Part shown: piece by piece, positions 17,389 to 25,895 of the stretch | How positions within the stretch are numbered: the stretch's first letter is position 1 | Layout of the letters: the number at the start of each line of letters is the position of its first letter | Virus record (IMG/VR): IMGVR_UViG_3300037212_000012 | Coordinates: 1-54,687 of that record | Length of the DNA stretch: 54,687 nt | Reading direction: 5' to 3' (one strand) | From: a virus | Taxonomy: Duplodnaviria; Caudoviricetes | Notes under the pieces: model-generated | Database searches by the model: none | Seen by the model: the letters and a program-made list of their open reading frames with translations, nothing else | What the model was told of the DNA's origin: nothing | Made by a program: the position numbers and the translations under genes

Positions 17389-17409
17389 TTATAGGCGTTT
17401 AACCTATAA
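17389..17409 (-). promoter_or_regulatory. Palindromic operator overlapping TATA box (copy 2 of 5)
   Basis: TTATAGG-CGTTTAA-CCTATAA upstream of 17372. Confidence 0.72.
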
Positions 17410-17435
17410 AAGATTTGCTGTTAGCACAGCCAGAC

Positions 17436-18320
17436 TCAGACCGTGCTAACCATAATGGACTCTCCGACTGCATGGAGGGCTTTCGTTGTGTCGTGTGCCC
17501 CTCTGGTGCAGCCTGCGAAAGTGCAAGCGGGCGTAGTCCCGCTCTTGCTTGTATACTCTATCTGCTCGTCCTCGATGAATAGGGTTCCGGCATCGGGGAA
17601 TTTAGCATTATCCACGCAGGCAACCGTTGTATCCGAGGCTCCGGCTTCTAGTTCAGTCCTGAGTGTAGTTTCCGCGTTGGTCTCATAATAGAAACCCCCT
17701 GTTCCTGATATCGTTAGATCCTCTTCCTTTAGGGCTTTTACATCAAAATCGGCGGTGAATCCATCCAAGTGGCCGAGACCCGCGATGTTATCCTTGAATA
17801 TGCCGTCTCTGGTGAACAGGACGAACATGATGGGCGTATCTATTGTGCTGGCGTAGATGAGCCACGCGGCCCTATTTGCATCAAAAAGCCTCTTAACGGC
17901 AGCGGTCCAGCTTTTATGAGCTGGCAGAAACTCTTTATTCAGGCCGGAATCGAAGTTCGTGGACTCGACTTTATCCTTTGTCATGGACAAAGAGACTGAT
18001 AACAGCTCTGCCAGCTTGACCACCGACGTTCTTTTGCCACTGCCCCTCACCTTGTCCGCGTGATTGCCGCCAGATGCTAACGAGACGCGACCTCTGAGGT
18101 AGTCAAATACACATAGGCTCGTGATATCGTGCCAATCGCCTGCGCCGTTGGTCTGGCGCTCGATCAGGAACGTCTCACCCTCTGCCCAGAACCTCGAATC
18201 CCAGGGGGCGGTATATTTCTTATGGTTCTTGTCTGGGTAAAGGGCGATTTGGCTAAAAGTTGTAAGTGGGGCGTCTGGGTTGCTGACATAGGCTGCCCCT
18301 AACTTTCCTAGTACAGCCAT
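17436..18320 (-). CDS. Second tail-tube-like protein with extra N- and C-terminal domains
   Basis: DKVESTNFDSGLNKEFLPAHKSW is paralogous to DKVEVTNHDSGLVKEFLRAHLEW of 18330-18743. C-terminal CTRG..TT..H..G module shared with 52343-53080. Confidence 0.7.
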   Translation of the reverse strand: MAVLGKLGAAYVSNPDAPLTTFSQIALYPDKNHKKYTAPWDSRFWAEGETFLIERQTNGAGDWHDITSLCVFDYLRGRVSLASGGNHADKVRGSGKRTSVVKLAELLSVSLSMTKDKVESTNFDSGLNKEFLPAHKSWTAAVKRLFDANRAAWLIYASTIDTPIMFVLFTRDGIFKDNIAGLGHLDGFTADFDVKALKEEDLTISGTGGFYYETNAETTLRTELEAGASDTTVACVDNAKFPDAGTLFIEDEQIEYTSKSGTTPACTFAGCTRGAHDTTKALHAVGESIMVSTV

Positions 18321-18329
18321 CTTATCCCC

Positions 18330-18743
18330 CTAAGCCCCAATAGTCAAAGCACCGGTTCCCTGGAGGGTCATGGTGAACTTCTGACCGTCTTTCAAAGGGA
18401 AATCCAGCCCCAGGTTTGTGGCAAACATGCTACCAGAGATCACATTGCCGCCCTCAGCATCCGTGATGGTAAAGCTGTCTATTATGGCATCATCATCATC
18501 TTCTGCCAGATATGCATCCACAAGAGCCTTCTGGCCTGCCGTATCTGAGAGCTTCAGGTTGGCCTCTAAATCAATGCTCCATTCCAGATGAGCTCGCAGA
18601 AACTCCTTGACTAAACCACTGTCGTGATTTGTCACTTCTACCTTATCTCTGCCCGATTTCAGGCTTGCCTTGGTCCATTCCGCTATCGTGTCAGCGCCTA
18701 TCAAGACAGACGCCCTCATACCCAGCTTTGCGCCAGTTGTCAT
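18330..18743 (-). CDS. Major tail tube protein
   Basis: 137 aa; VEVTNHDS...KEFL...WSID and C-terminal FTMTLQGTGAL, like TP901-1-type tail tubes. Confidence 0.8.
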   Translation of the reverse strand: MTTGAKLGMRASVLIGADTIAEWTKASLKSGRDKVEVTNHDSGLVKEFLRAHLEWSIDLEANLKLSDTAGQKALVDAYLAEDDDDAIIDSFTITDAEGGNVISGSMFATNLGLDFPLKDGQKFTMTLQGTGALTIGA

Positions 18744-18814
18744 AAAATACCACTCCGCTTATGCGTATTTCTTACTTGCTTACTAATATTAGCTATTATT
18801 ATTTTAGGGTTTGC

Positions 18815-19273
18815 CTATGGAAGGGCTCCAGCCGATCGCAGATGTTCCCATATCAAGAATATCCCTATTCCTATGAAGCTTAGGAAATCCCAGAGTGTCG
18901 GAGATAATATTAATGCCGTAACCCACTCTCGGTCTTTTTGCTTACCTTCTTTGCCACCTCGGTCGAAAGCACATCGGGTATTGATTACGTTAATAGCCTG
19001 TTCAAGTTCGCCTACCTTATCTATCTTAGGTTTTACCTGCTCCAAAGCGAGAATTCTATCATCGGTTTTATCTAGTCTTTTCTCCGTCCTCTCACACCTA
19101 TTACAAATCTCTTTATACGATTTTTCTATACTTTTGAAACCCTCCTCTATTTTACCTTCAAGATGAGCCACGATTAATGCGGTCTGTGCATCTTGTCTAG
19201 CGTCGGCCCTGCCCATCGAAGCAAACTCTGGCCCCCTCTCCATCGTTTCGCCGCTAGAATCATAGTCTTCCAT
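18815..19273 (-). CDS. Coiled-coil protein with C-terminal transmembrane segment (lysis-associated?)
   Basis: Heptad-rich middle and hydrophobic C-terminus; next to a holin-like gene. Confidence 0.55.
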   Translation of the reverse strand: MEDYDSSGETMERGPEFASMGRADARQDAQTALIVAHLEGKIEEGFKSIEKSYKEICNRCERTEKRLDKTDDRILALEQVKPKIDKVGELEQAINVINTRCAFDRGGKEGKQKDREWVTALILSPTLWDFLSFIGIGIFLIWEHLRSAGALP

Positions 19274-19295
19274 GTGGCCTCAAAAAGATATGTGT

Positions 19296-19553
19296 TCAAG
19301 CATGCTTGAACACGGACCAGAGCATCGCCTGAAGTGCGCTGCTTCCCACGGTGCCCATTGCAGCCAGAATGTCCTTGATGGCCTGCTCAAGAGCTGGACC
19401 GGTGATCTGGTCGTTGGCTATAGCAGCATTGAAGTCGTGCAACGCCACCTCTGTTACGGCGCAACCTTTCTTGACTTCGGTTCTCTTATCCATAGGCAAC
19501 ATAACCCAAGCTTGAGTTAATGTGGCTGCGGTTGCATCTTCCATAATTCCCAT
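19296..19553 (-). CDS. Hypothetical protein
   Basis: Likely start at ATG 19553 after GGAG; 85 aa. Confidence 0.5.
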   Translation of the reverse strand: MGIMEDATAATLTQAWVMLPMDKRTEVKKGCAVTEVALHDFNAAIANDQITGPALEQAIKDILAAMGTVGSSALQAMLWSVFKHA

Positions 19554-19629
19554 TTTCGTAATCTCCTGCCGTATTCGGCATTTATTATTATCATAATCAT
19601 AATCACGATTGTAAATTTGGTAAAGGGCA

Positions 19630-19890
19630 CTAAGGCCCTTTAGGTGTCTCAAATGTTGCGGGTGTTGGAGGCGGCAATTCACAGACCGCTTGTAATCGCT
19701 TTAATCCCACGACGATCAGAGCGCAGACCATCAGGATCGTGGCGGGGCTAACAGATAGCCCAAACTGAGCGAAAAAGGCAACCACGATGTTCGCCGCACT
19801 TGGATCTATTGCACCCCCAAGCCCCAAAATCATCATGACGAACGCAGAGATATAATGCTTGTAGCCCTCCAAAAAGCCAAACAGGGCCAT
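19630..19890 (-). CDS. Holin-like membrane protein
   Basis: 86 aa, LEGYKHYI N-terminus, 2-3 hydrophobic helices; adjacent to the protease gene. Confidence 0.6.
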   Translation of the reverse strand: MALFGFLEGYKHYISAFVMMILGLGGAIDPSAANIVVAFFAQFGLSVSPATILMVCALIVVGLKRLQAVCELPPPTPATFETPKGP

Positions 19891-19892
19891 AT

Positions 19893-21395
19893 TCAGGCCC
19901 CTTTGGATTTCTTAGCCTCGGCTACCTTAGCATCCAGCCTGGCATTTATCGCGTTATCCTGTCGCTTATCACAGGCCGCCTCAAGCTCATCGGCTAGGCA
20001 GGCATTGGCCTCCAGATCCTCGATTGTCTTGGCTGCTTCCATCGCTGCCTTAGCAGCCACCAGAGCTTCGGAGACCGACAGGAGTCTTACAATGAGACTG
20101 ATGCTGTAGCGGATCATGCCGCCAATCTTTACACCCATCTGGACCAGCCACATATTAGGTATGAGGTTCTTGTCATGGCCATACATCTTGACCAAAACGA
20201 GATTTGTTATCTCGCCGGTCTTCTGGTCCTTCAGGCCAAATGTCAGGCCGTCGCCATTATTAAATTTTCCTTCAATGTTGGTCTTGGGGTAAAGCTGCAT
20301 CTTCGAAATCTTCCCGAGACTCTTGTCATTCAGGATGAGGTCGTATTTCACATTAGAGTAGCCAAAAGGCGCGATGGAGATCTGGCCTGCTGCCTGAAGG
20401 TTTATGTCAGCCTTCGCGACGGGTTGCAAGGTCACGGCTAAAGTCGTGACCTGCTTATCTAGGACATCGAAAGCGATATCCTGCGAGACATAACCATCTT
20501 TCTGGATGGTTGCCTTGTAACTGCCTGCTACTAGGGCAATATCGCCGTCTGTGGCGCCCACTTTAGCCCCATTAACCAGGACATCAGCATTTAGGCCACC
20601 TGCATTGATGTGAACGCCTGTCTGAGCTACTGGCGGAACGGGCGGTATTGCCGTAACGGTGTAGACATAACCTGCATAATCCCGGAAGATGCCGCAGACT
20701 CCATAGGCTACCCAGGCATAACCGTCGAATCCCCAGGAAGTACCCCAAGAGTTCTTAACCAGCCAAGCACCCCGGACGTCATCATATCCTACGGCGCTCT
20801 GACAGTGGCCGCCCGCATAATCACCGTACTCAGGGGAGTAAACAGCTTCGGAATCAACATCAAAATAATCATCGTCGACATCCATAGCAAACTGAACTGC
20901 TTGCCCTGCCGCGATTGCTGCTTTTGCGGCTGCATCGGAAGTGATACGAGTAGCCGAGAGAATCTTAATCCTAGTATTGTTTGCACATGGTAAGGCATCG
21001 CCACCATAGGGCCAACAATCTTCTGTGCACACTCCGGTAGACTGAAGCCTTGCGTTTGCTTTCTCAAGCGTGGCTCCATTCGCGCAGGTGCCTATCGTGG
21101 CGAACAGGTCCGCCTCGGAGAGGTCGAGAACTTCTGTTTTGTTCTGGTCAGCGAACTTCTTTGTAGTCTCAAAGGTAGCGCACGAGCCAAACGCCACACA
21201 TGAACCACAATCTCCCTGGTCCTTTATGGGGGTGGCATAATCTTTCAGAGTGAATGCTACCGGTGTAGCTCCGAACCTATGCCCTTTGATGTTCTTATCT
21301 GCGAGATCTTCTTTTGTGGTTCTTTTCAGATCATCAGTGATGATGAGTCCCAATCTACGGACTTTTCCGCTTCCTTTCTTTGGTTCTCCCAACAT
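19893..21395 (-). CDS. Papain-family (C1A) cysteine protease with PEGA-like domain; candidate endolysin
   Basis: DQGDCGSCVAF (Gln/Cys), GGHCQSAVGYDD (His), WLVKNSWGTSWG.DGY (Asn); PEGA-like ADVLVNG..VG.T...GSYKATIQKDGY. Confidence 0.88.
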   Translation of the reverse strand: MLGEPKKGSGKVRRLGLIITDDLKRTTKEDLADKNIKGHRFGATPVAFTLKDYATPIKDQGDCGSCVAFGSCATFETTKKFADQNKTEVLDLSEADLFATIGTCANGATLEKANARLQSTGVCTEDCWPYGGDALPCANNTRIKILSATRITSDAAAKAAIAAGQAVQFAMDVDDDYFDVDSEAVYSPEYGDYAGGHCQSAVGYDDVRGAWLVKNSWGTSWGFDGYAWVAYGVCGIFRDYAGYVYTVTAIPPVPPVAQTGVHINAGGLNADVLVNGAKVGATDGDIALVAGSYKATIQKDGYVSQDIAFDVLDKQVTTLAVTLQPVAKADINLQAAGQISIAPFGYSNVKYDLILNDKSLGKISKMQLYPKTNIEGKFNNGDGLTFGLKDQKTGEITNLVLVKMYGHDKNLIPNMWLVQMGVKIGGMIRYSISLIVRLLSVSEALVAAKAAMEAAKTIEDLEANACLADELEAACDKRQDNAINARLDAKVAEAKKSKGA

Positions 21396-21413
21396 AATAT
21401 TACCTCATTTATT

Positions 21414-21545
21414 TCACTTCTTTCTTGAACCATCTGGCTTTACAATAGTGTGGGCCAATTGCTTGTGATTAGCCCTCTCTGCGGCGGCCTGGCTTTTAAA
21501 GGTCTTGTCAGAACCGCCAGATTTACAGGTAGTTTTATCAGCCAT
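21414..21545 (-). CDS. 43-aa basic microprotein (not in ORF track)
   Basis: MADKTTCKSGGSDKTFKSQAAAERANHKQLAHTIVKPDGSRKK, preceded by GAGG. Confidence 0.45.
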   Translation of the reverse strand: MADKTTCKSGGSDKTFKSQAAAERANHKQLAHTIVKPDGSRKK

Positions 21546-21594
21546 TTTTTAGCCTCGAAAATTCTTTATGACTATGATATCAAATGGACTTTAT

Positions 21595-21984
21595 CTAAGT
21601 ATCGCCGCCAAATATCTGGAACTCTACGATGAACATGTAAGTGTTCATCTTATCATCCAACCCTAAAGATATCGGGCAATCCTGAGAGGCCCACACGCCC
21701 TGCCCTATTAGGTCTATTGCATTTAAAAAGTGGTCTCTGATGGCATCCGCTTTTGATGCGGCGACCGACATGGTTTGATTTAGCACGTAAATTTGAAGCT
21801 TTGGCCTGGCGGTAGATGATCCACCTGAAGCTATGATAGGCCCCTGCCCTGGTATGAGCCGAACGGCAATCTGATTCTTTTGGCTAGGATGGTACTGAAA
21901 TTTGTAGAGGTCCGTGCCCAATGTGCCGTAACCTTCGTCCTCCAGCTCTTCTAGTACATCATCGATCAAAGATAAGATCGTCAT
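21595..21984 (-). CDS. Tail terminator / neck protein
   Basis: GTLGTDLY, RPKLQIYV, PISLGLDD motifs; position in the neck module. Confidence 0.7.
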   Translation of the reverse strand: MTILSLIDDVLEELEDEGYGTLGTDLYKFQYHPSQKNQIAVRLIPGQGPIIASGGSSTARPKLQIYVLNQTMSVAASKADAIRDHFLNAIDLIGQGVWASQDCPISLGLDDKMNTYMFIVEFQIFGGDT

Positions 21985-22325
21985 TAGCCGAACGCCTCCT
22001 CAAAAGCGTCGGCCTCACATTGGGCTAATTGATCAGCGGTCTCCTCCGCCGCACGTTCGGACCAATGCGATTCACCGCCATGTGGGTGATTCAGGGTGTC
22101 ATCAAAGTATTGCTTGCAAACATAAGCAAGTGGTCCATAAGTGAGACAGACATCATCACCCTCATCTTCTATATGGCCCGTTCCTACCATAGTCCCGGTC
22201 AGGACTGGGCATTTGGCGTCCGCTGCTGGTTGAAGTACCTCTTCGGCATAGGCTAACCGGGCTTGTTTATCTGCTTCTCGGGCCATCGCCATGATGCCAG
22301 CAACATCTATTTCGACTTCGGCCAT
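21984..22325 (-). CDS. HK97 gp10-like tail completion protein
   Basis: CPVLTGTM..TG, PLAYV..Q, LNHPHGGESHW.ERA. Confidence 0.7.
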   Translation of the reverse strand: MAEVEIDVAGIMAMAREADKQARLAYAEEVLQPAADAKCPVLTGTMVGTGHIEDEGDDVCLTYGPLAYVCKQYFDDTLNHPHGGESHWSERAAEETADQLAQCEADAFEEAFG

Positions 22326-22516
22326 TATGGAGCCTCGCAGATGTAGATGATATAAAGAGAATTGAATCTGTAGAGTCTACCATCTTCGGCTATCATTTCA
22401 AGGCAGCAATCTTCAATCTTGTTTATCGTGCCAGCTAAGCCGGATGAGCCGATAGATTTCAGGTAAATGCGATCTCCTGGTTCATATGCTTTTAGGATGG
22501 CCTGGCATTTGTTCAT
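22325..22516 (-). CDS. Small beta-barrel (Sm/SH3-like) protein
   Basis: 63 aa; helix then strands (GDRIYL, LAGTINKIED, LEM, LYRF, IIYI). Confidence 0.4.
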   Translation of the reverse strand: MNKCQAILKAYEPGDRIYLKSIGSSGLAGTINKIEDCCLEMIAEDGRLYRFNSLYIIYICEAP

Positions 22517-22737
22517 GGGACTATCTCCGCTTTACACGGATTATTTGGAGAGAAGTCGATTGCTGTTATCTTTTTTAATCTAATTAAACTCATGCCCTCG
22601 TTCCCCGTTTCACCCTCGATCACCAAATACTGATCATCGTAAGCAAAGAGATATCCCCTCCATTGGTCGTGGGTTCCGATTGTAACCGTGATCGGTAATC
22701 CCAACAAGGATTTTAAAAATTCTGTAGATATGCTCAT
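22513..22737 (-). CDS. Sm/LSm-like protein
   Basis: FLKSLLGLPITVTI...WRGYLFAYDDQYLVIE...SLIRLKKITAI matches the Sm1/Sm2 pattern. Confidence 0.6.
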   Translation of the reverse strand: MSISTEFLKSLLGLPITVTIGTHDQWRGYLFAYDDQYLVIEGETGNEGMSLIRLKKITAIDFSPNNPCKAEIVP

Positions 22738-23066
22738 GTGTAGATCGTTACTCCATAATCCCCATCCGACCCAACTCGCAGGATCTTTGGCGATTGACCG
22801 TTGAAGGTGATCTTATCCCTCGCCGATACCACGACATCACCATTTAGCTGAATCTGGGCGGTAGTTACTGCTTTCTCGCCCTCGGCTGTATTAATATTGA
22901 ATACTTCGTATTGAATATCACAGGAGTAAAGTTTGCCTTCAGAAAAGATGTCATCCGCCCCATCATTATTGATAAAAGATTGAATCAGAACTTCGTCCTG
23001 CATGATCTCGCCGTCTCTAATCTCCTGAGCAAAGTCTGTCTCGAAATCATCTTGTCTTAAGGCCAT
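22734..23066 (-). CDS. Head closure (stopper) protein
   Basis: 110 aa, beta-rich; EGEKAVTTAQI...RDKITF.G; position after the adaptor. Confidence 0.6.
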   Translation of the reverse strand: MALRQDDFETDFAQEIRDGEIMQDEVLIQSFINNDGADDIFSEGKLYSCDIQYEVFNINTAEGEKAVTTAQIQLNGDVVVSARDKITFNGQSPKILRVGSDGDYGVTIYT

Positions 23067-23348
23067 TTAATGACCCTCCAATGGTATTGGCATTATTGCC
23101 GAGCTAAAGAAAGCCTGCCAGTTATCTCCTATGTGGGTTTCCAAAAGAATCTCAAAGTGGTTATCCATAAGACAATCATGAACCCAACACATACTTTCAT
23201 AGGTCTCCTCGACATCTTTTTGAAGATCTAAGTTCCCCATCGAGACCTTATCGAACCAATCGGGCTGAGCATGAAACATCATGATTTGGGTTATAGCTGT
23301 ATAGCCAACCGCGCCAGATCTCGCCACTCCTAGCGCGGTCAAGGCCAT
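23067..23348 (-). CDS. Hypothetical protein
   Basis: 93-aa ORF filling the gap between neck genes with tight junctions. Confidence 0.45.
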   Translation of the reverse strand: MALTALGVARSGAVGYTAITQIMMFHAQPDWFDKVSMGNLDLQKDVEETYESMCWVHDCLMDNHFEILLETHIGDNWQAFFSSAIMPIPLEGH

Positions 23349-23728
23349 GATAGCTCGGTCTCCTGACCATGTTGTAGCCCCGCTGGGTAAGTCTCGGTAT
23401 CCTGCACAGTTCCAATCTCTGCGGTCGTTGTATCAAAGGTGGGTTCAGCTTCTTTAGCCTCTAATTTCGCGGCTAGATCAATGAAGTGAGCATATAGGTC
23501 TGAATTGCTCTTCGAATTCTTGCCCCGGGTGTAGTTGACCTTTAGGGCGAACCTGGCAGCGAGCTTGCGACAACAAGCGGCGGCGGCCAACATGATAGGT
23601 TTATTGTTTGATAACTCTTGTAAAATCGATTCATCCGAGAGGAGCTGATAATCTTCGTCGATATCCTGCAACAAGTCACGGACCTTATCAAGGTCGGATG
23701 TTAGCTCTTCATCGAACGAGAATGACAT
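23339..23728 (-). CDS. Head-tail adaptor protein
   Basis: DKVRDLLQD...LLSDESI...AAAACCRKLAARFA pattern. Confidence 0.7.
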   Translation of the reverse strand: MSFSFDEELTSDLDKVRDLLQDIDEDYQLLSDESILQELSNNKPIMLAAAACCRKLAARFALKVNYTRGKNSKSNSDLYAHFIDLAAKLEAKEAEPTFDTTTAEIGTVQDTETYPAGLQHGQETELSWP

Positions 23729-23737
23729 ATATTACCT

Positions 23738-24220
23738 CTATGGCACCGCTATTCTAGCCCACCAGCCCACGATTCCATCGGTTGATACCTGACACATTTG
23801 GGCTATGTCGCCTGGAACAGCTCCGACGCTTGCTAGATCAGTCGTATAGTAGTTCGATTGGGTCAATTTCAGGATTCCGTTGATCATCCATCGCATCGTA
23901 TAGGGCCCGGCTGGAGGAGTACACCAGATATTAACACCATTGCAGCCTATACCACTCGGTTTATCAAGTCTTTGGATGGCGATCGGGTTGTTAGATCCAG
24001 ACAATTCAACCCCCGGAAGTTTGCCAGCGCCTAATAGGTCAGCTACTACCTGGTTTACTTGGGGCCAGGTAATCCCAGGCAAGTCGCACCAATCGGCAAT
24101 AAGGATTCGTATCTCGTCATCCGAGTAATTCCTTGCCGCATATCGTTGGATCTTTTCGGTTATTCCCATATCTTCTAAATAAGGACAAAGGTCGTCTCTG
24201 GCAATACGAATATCGGACAT
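23738..24220 (-). CDS. Hypothetical protein (head region)
   Basis: 160-aa ORF with GGAGG SD. Confidence 0.55.
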   Translation of the reverse strand: MSDIRIARDDLCPYLEDMGITEKIQRYAARNYSDDEIRILIADWCDLPGITWPQVNQVVADLLGAGKLPGVELSGSNNPIAIQRLDKPSGIGCNGVNIWCTPPAGPYTMRWMINGILKLTQSNYYTTDLASVGAVPGDIAQMCQVSTDGIVGWWARIAVP

Positions 24221-24235
24221 GATCTATTTCCTCCG

Positions 24236-24664
24236 CTATTGCATTTTTCTCATGGTCAGCTCGAAGGTGTAGCTCTGATCTGCCACTTGGTCACCGTCTG
24301 GCGTTATCACGAATTTTCCCCTGAAGTAGGGCCCACAAGGTCCAGCTCTTACACCTGCTGCCATAGCACAATCTTGCACAGGCCCCATAGCCACGGTAGG
24401 AGATACAAGAGCATTGGCGAAGGCATAGAACTTCTTGACGCCCCCATTGCCCAATACCTGAGTAAACCTTACCAGATCGGTAAAGACCGTTCCGTCTTGC
24501 GAATCTTGCACGTAAACATCAAGCAAATCGCCAGAATCAGCGGCTGCGGCGGTCACGTTGAGCATGAACATGAGGGCTTTGAAAGCCCCTTGTATGGTAG
24601 CGGTGGCTCCTATATCCGAGGCCGTCCTTGCTTGCGAAGCTAAAAGGGTTACGAGGCTAGACAT
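24236..24664 (-). CDS. Putative virion structural protein
   Basis: LNVTAAA...LDVYVQDSQDG..FTDLVRFTQV beta-sandwich pattern seen in phage head-region proteins. Confidence 0.55.
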   Translation of the reverse strand: MSSLVTLLASQARTASDIGATATIQGAFKALMFMLNVTAAAADSGDLLDVYVQDSQDGTVFTDLVRFTQVLGNGGVKKFYAFANALVSPTVAMGPVQDCAMAAGVRAGPCGPYFRGKFVITPDGDQVADQSYTFELTMRKMQ

Positions 24665-24673
24665 GATCCAACC

Positions 24674-25642
24674 TCACCCGCTAATGAATCCGGCCCCGCC
24701 GACTGGGAAGTACTGGCCCACTATCAGGTAATCTGTCCCATCGCTGACTAGAGTTATCCCTCCGGCAGCATCAGTATTTTTTAGGCCCGTTACGGCTGCA
24801 ATTCCCGAAGCTCCACCCAACTTGCCCGCCGTAGTCTTGATCCTGGCAAAGAATGCGCCTGGATCGGTCTTGATGGCCACATAATATAGGCGGCCTGAGA
24901 CGGTTGCTGCATCAGGCAACGTCAAGGTGACATCAGCGCCGGAAGCGTCTATTTCGTACGTAGTCTTTGTCGAAGAGGCGGTAATTGTAGTATCTGCATT
25001 GATCACGGCATTGACCGAATACGCAACGGTTCCAGTATGGGAAACAGCCCCCGGTCCTAATGTGACCGCTCCGGTTGTCGTCTTGAAAATGCCAGAACCG
25101 CCGCTAAGATCAATTATACTTGTGCCAGAGGTTATACTAATCCCTTGGTTTGCAGGCAAGATGAATCCAGCATTGAACAACGGTCCAACAGTGAACGACT
25201 CTACCCCAGTTTGTGTTTGGGTACCATTATTCACAATTGAAGCAAAAGTTCCCGCTCCGGTCGTCCTGACGGTGGCCGATTTAACCGCATTCAGGTATTC
25301 GATACCGGTGGTTCCGTGAAGATCACCGGTTGAATTGGATAGATCGAAAGCTCCCGTTCCCACCGCCATCGTGAATGGCAGATTCGCGCCCATCATGGCC
25401 CAATGATTTATTGTTCCTGTGTTGGTGGTAGCTCCGCCTGTTACGGTGCCGGTAAATGTGGCCGAGCCTGTAATAGATGTAGCCCAGTTTATCAGGTTCG
25501 GATTCATGAGGTTGGTCGTAGCCATCGCTGGCATCATTCCAATTATCATGATAATAATAAGAGATACTAGAGCCAGCTTAGGCTTGCACCCCCCATTACC
25601 ACCCTTACCGCCTTTCGGTTTAGGTGTACTTTTCTTTGCCAT
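24674..25642 (-). CDS. Thr/Gly-rich fibre-like protein with signal-peptide-like N-terminus
   Basis: Likely start 25642 (GAGGTG SD); LALVSLIIIMIIGMMPAMA; C-terminal VTLTLPDAA...GRLY...TLVSDGTDY module. Confidence 0.6.
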   Translation of the reverse strand: MAKKSTPKPKGGKGGNGGCKPKLALVSLIIIMIIGMMPAMATTNLMNPNLINWATSITGSATFTGTVTGGATTNTGTINHWAMMGANLPFTMAVGTGAFDLSNSTGDLHGTTGIEYLNAVKSATVRTTGAGTFASIVNNGTQTQTGVESFTVGPLFNAGFILPANQGISITSGTSIIDLSGGSGIFKTTTGAVTLGPGAVSHTGTVAYSVNAVINADTTITASSTKTTYEIDASGADVTLTLPDAATVSGRLYYVAIKTDPGAFFARIKTTAGKLGGASGIAAVTGLKNTDAAGGITLVSDGTDYLIVGQYFPVGGAGFISG

Positions 25643-25652
25643 CTTCAACACC

Positions 25653-25895
25653 TCAATATAGGTAGTTTGCCGTGATTCCACCGGCTGAATAGCTTTCGGA
25701 AGGCGTTATGACCTGGCCGGAAAGCGAATAGCCTCCCTGGGTAGCCCCGTTCAATAGCCGCGCCGGGCCTCCAAAGACCTCAACGCTATCAGCCACCGGG
25801 ATGTGAGCTAAGGTAAAGGTGACGGAAGATCCCGCCACCACCTCCCCTGTTATCTGCCGCATCCCTCTTCTGTTGCCTATTACCATGTGGCCCAC
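25653..25895 (-). CDS. Small virion-associated beta protein
   Basis: TFTLAHIP..SVEVF...YSLSGQVIT...ITANY pattern. Confidence 0.55.
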   Translation of the reverse strand: MGHMVIGNRRGMRQITGEVVAGSSVTFTLAHIPVADSVEVFGGPARLLNGATQGGYSLSGQVITPSESYSAGGITANYLY

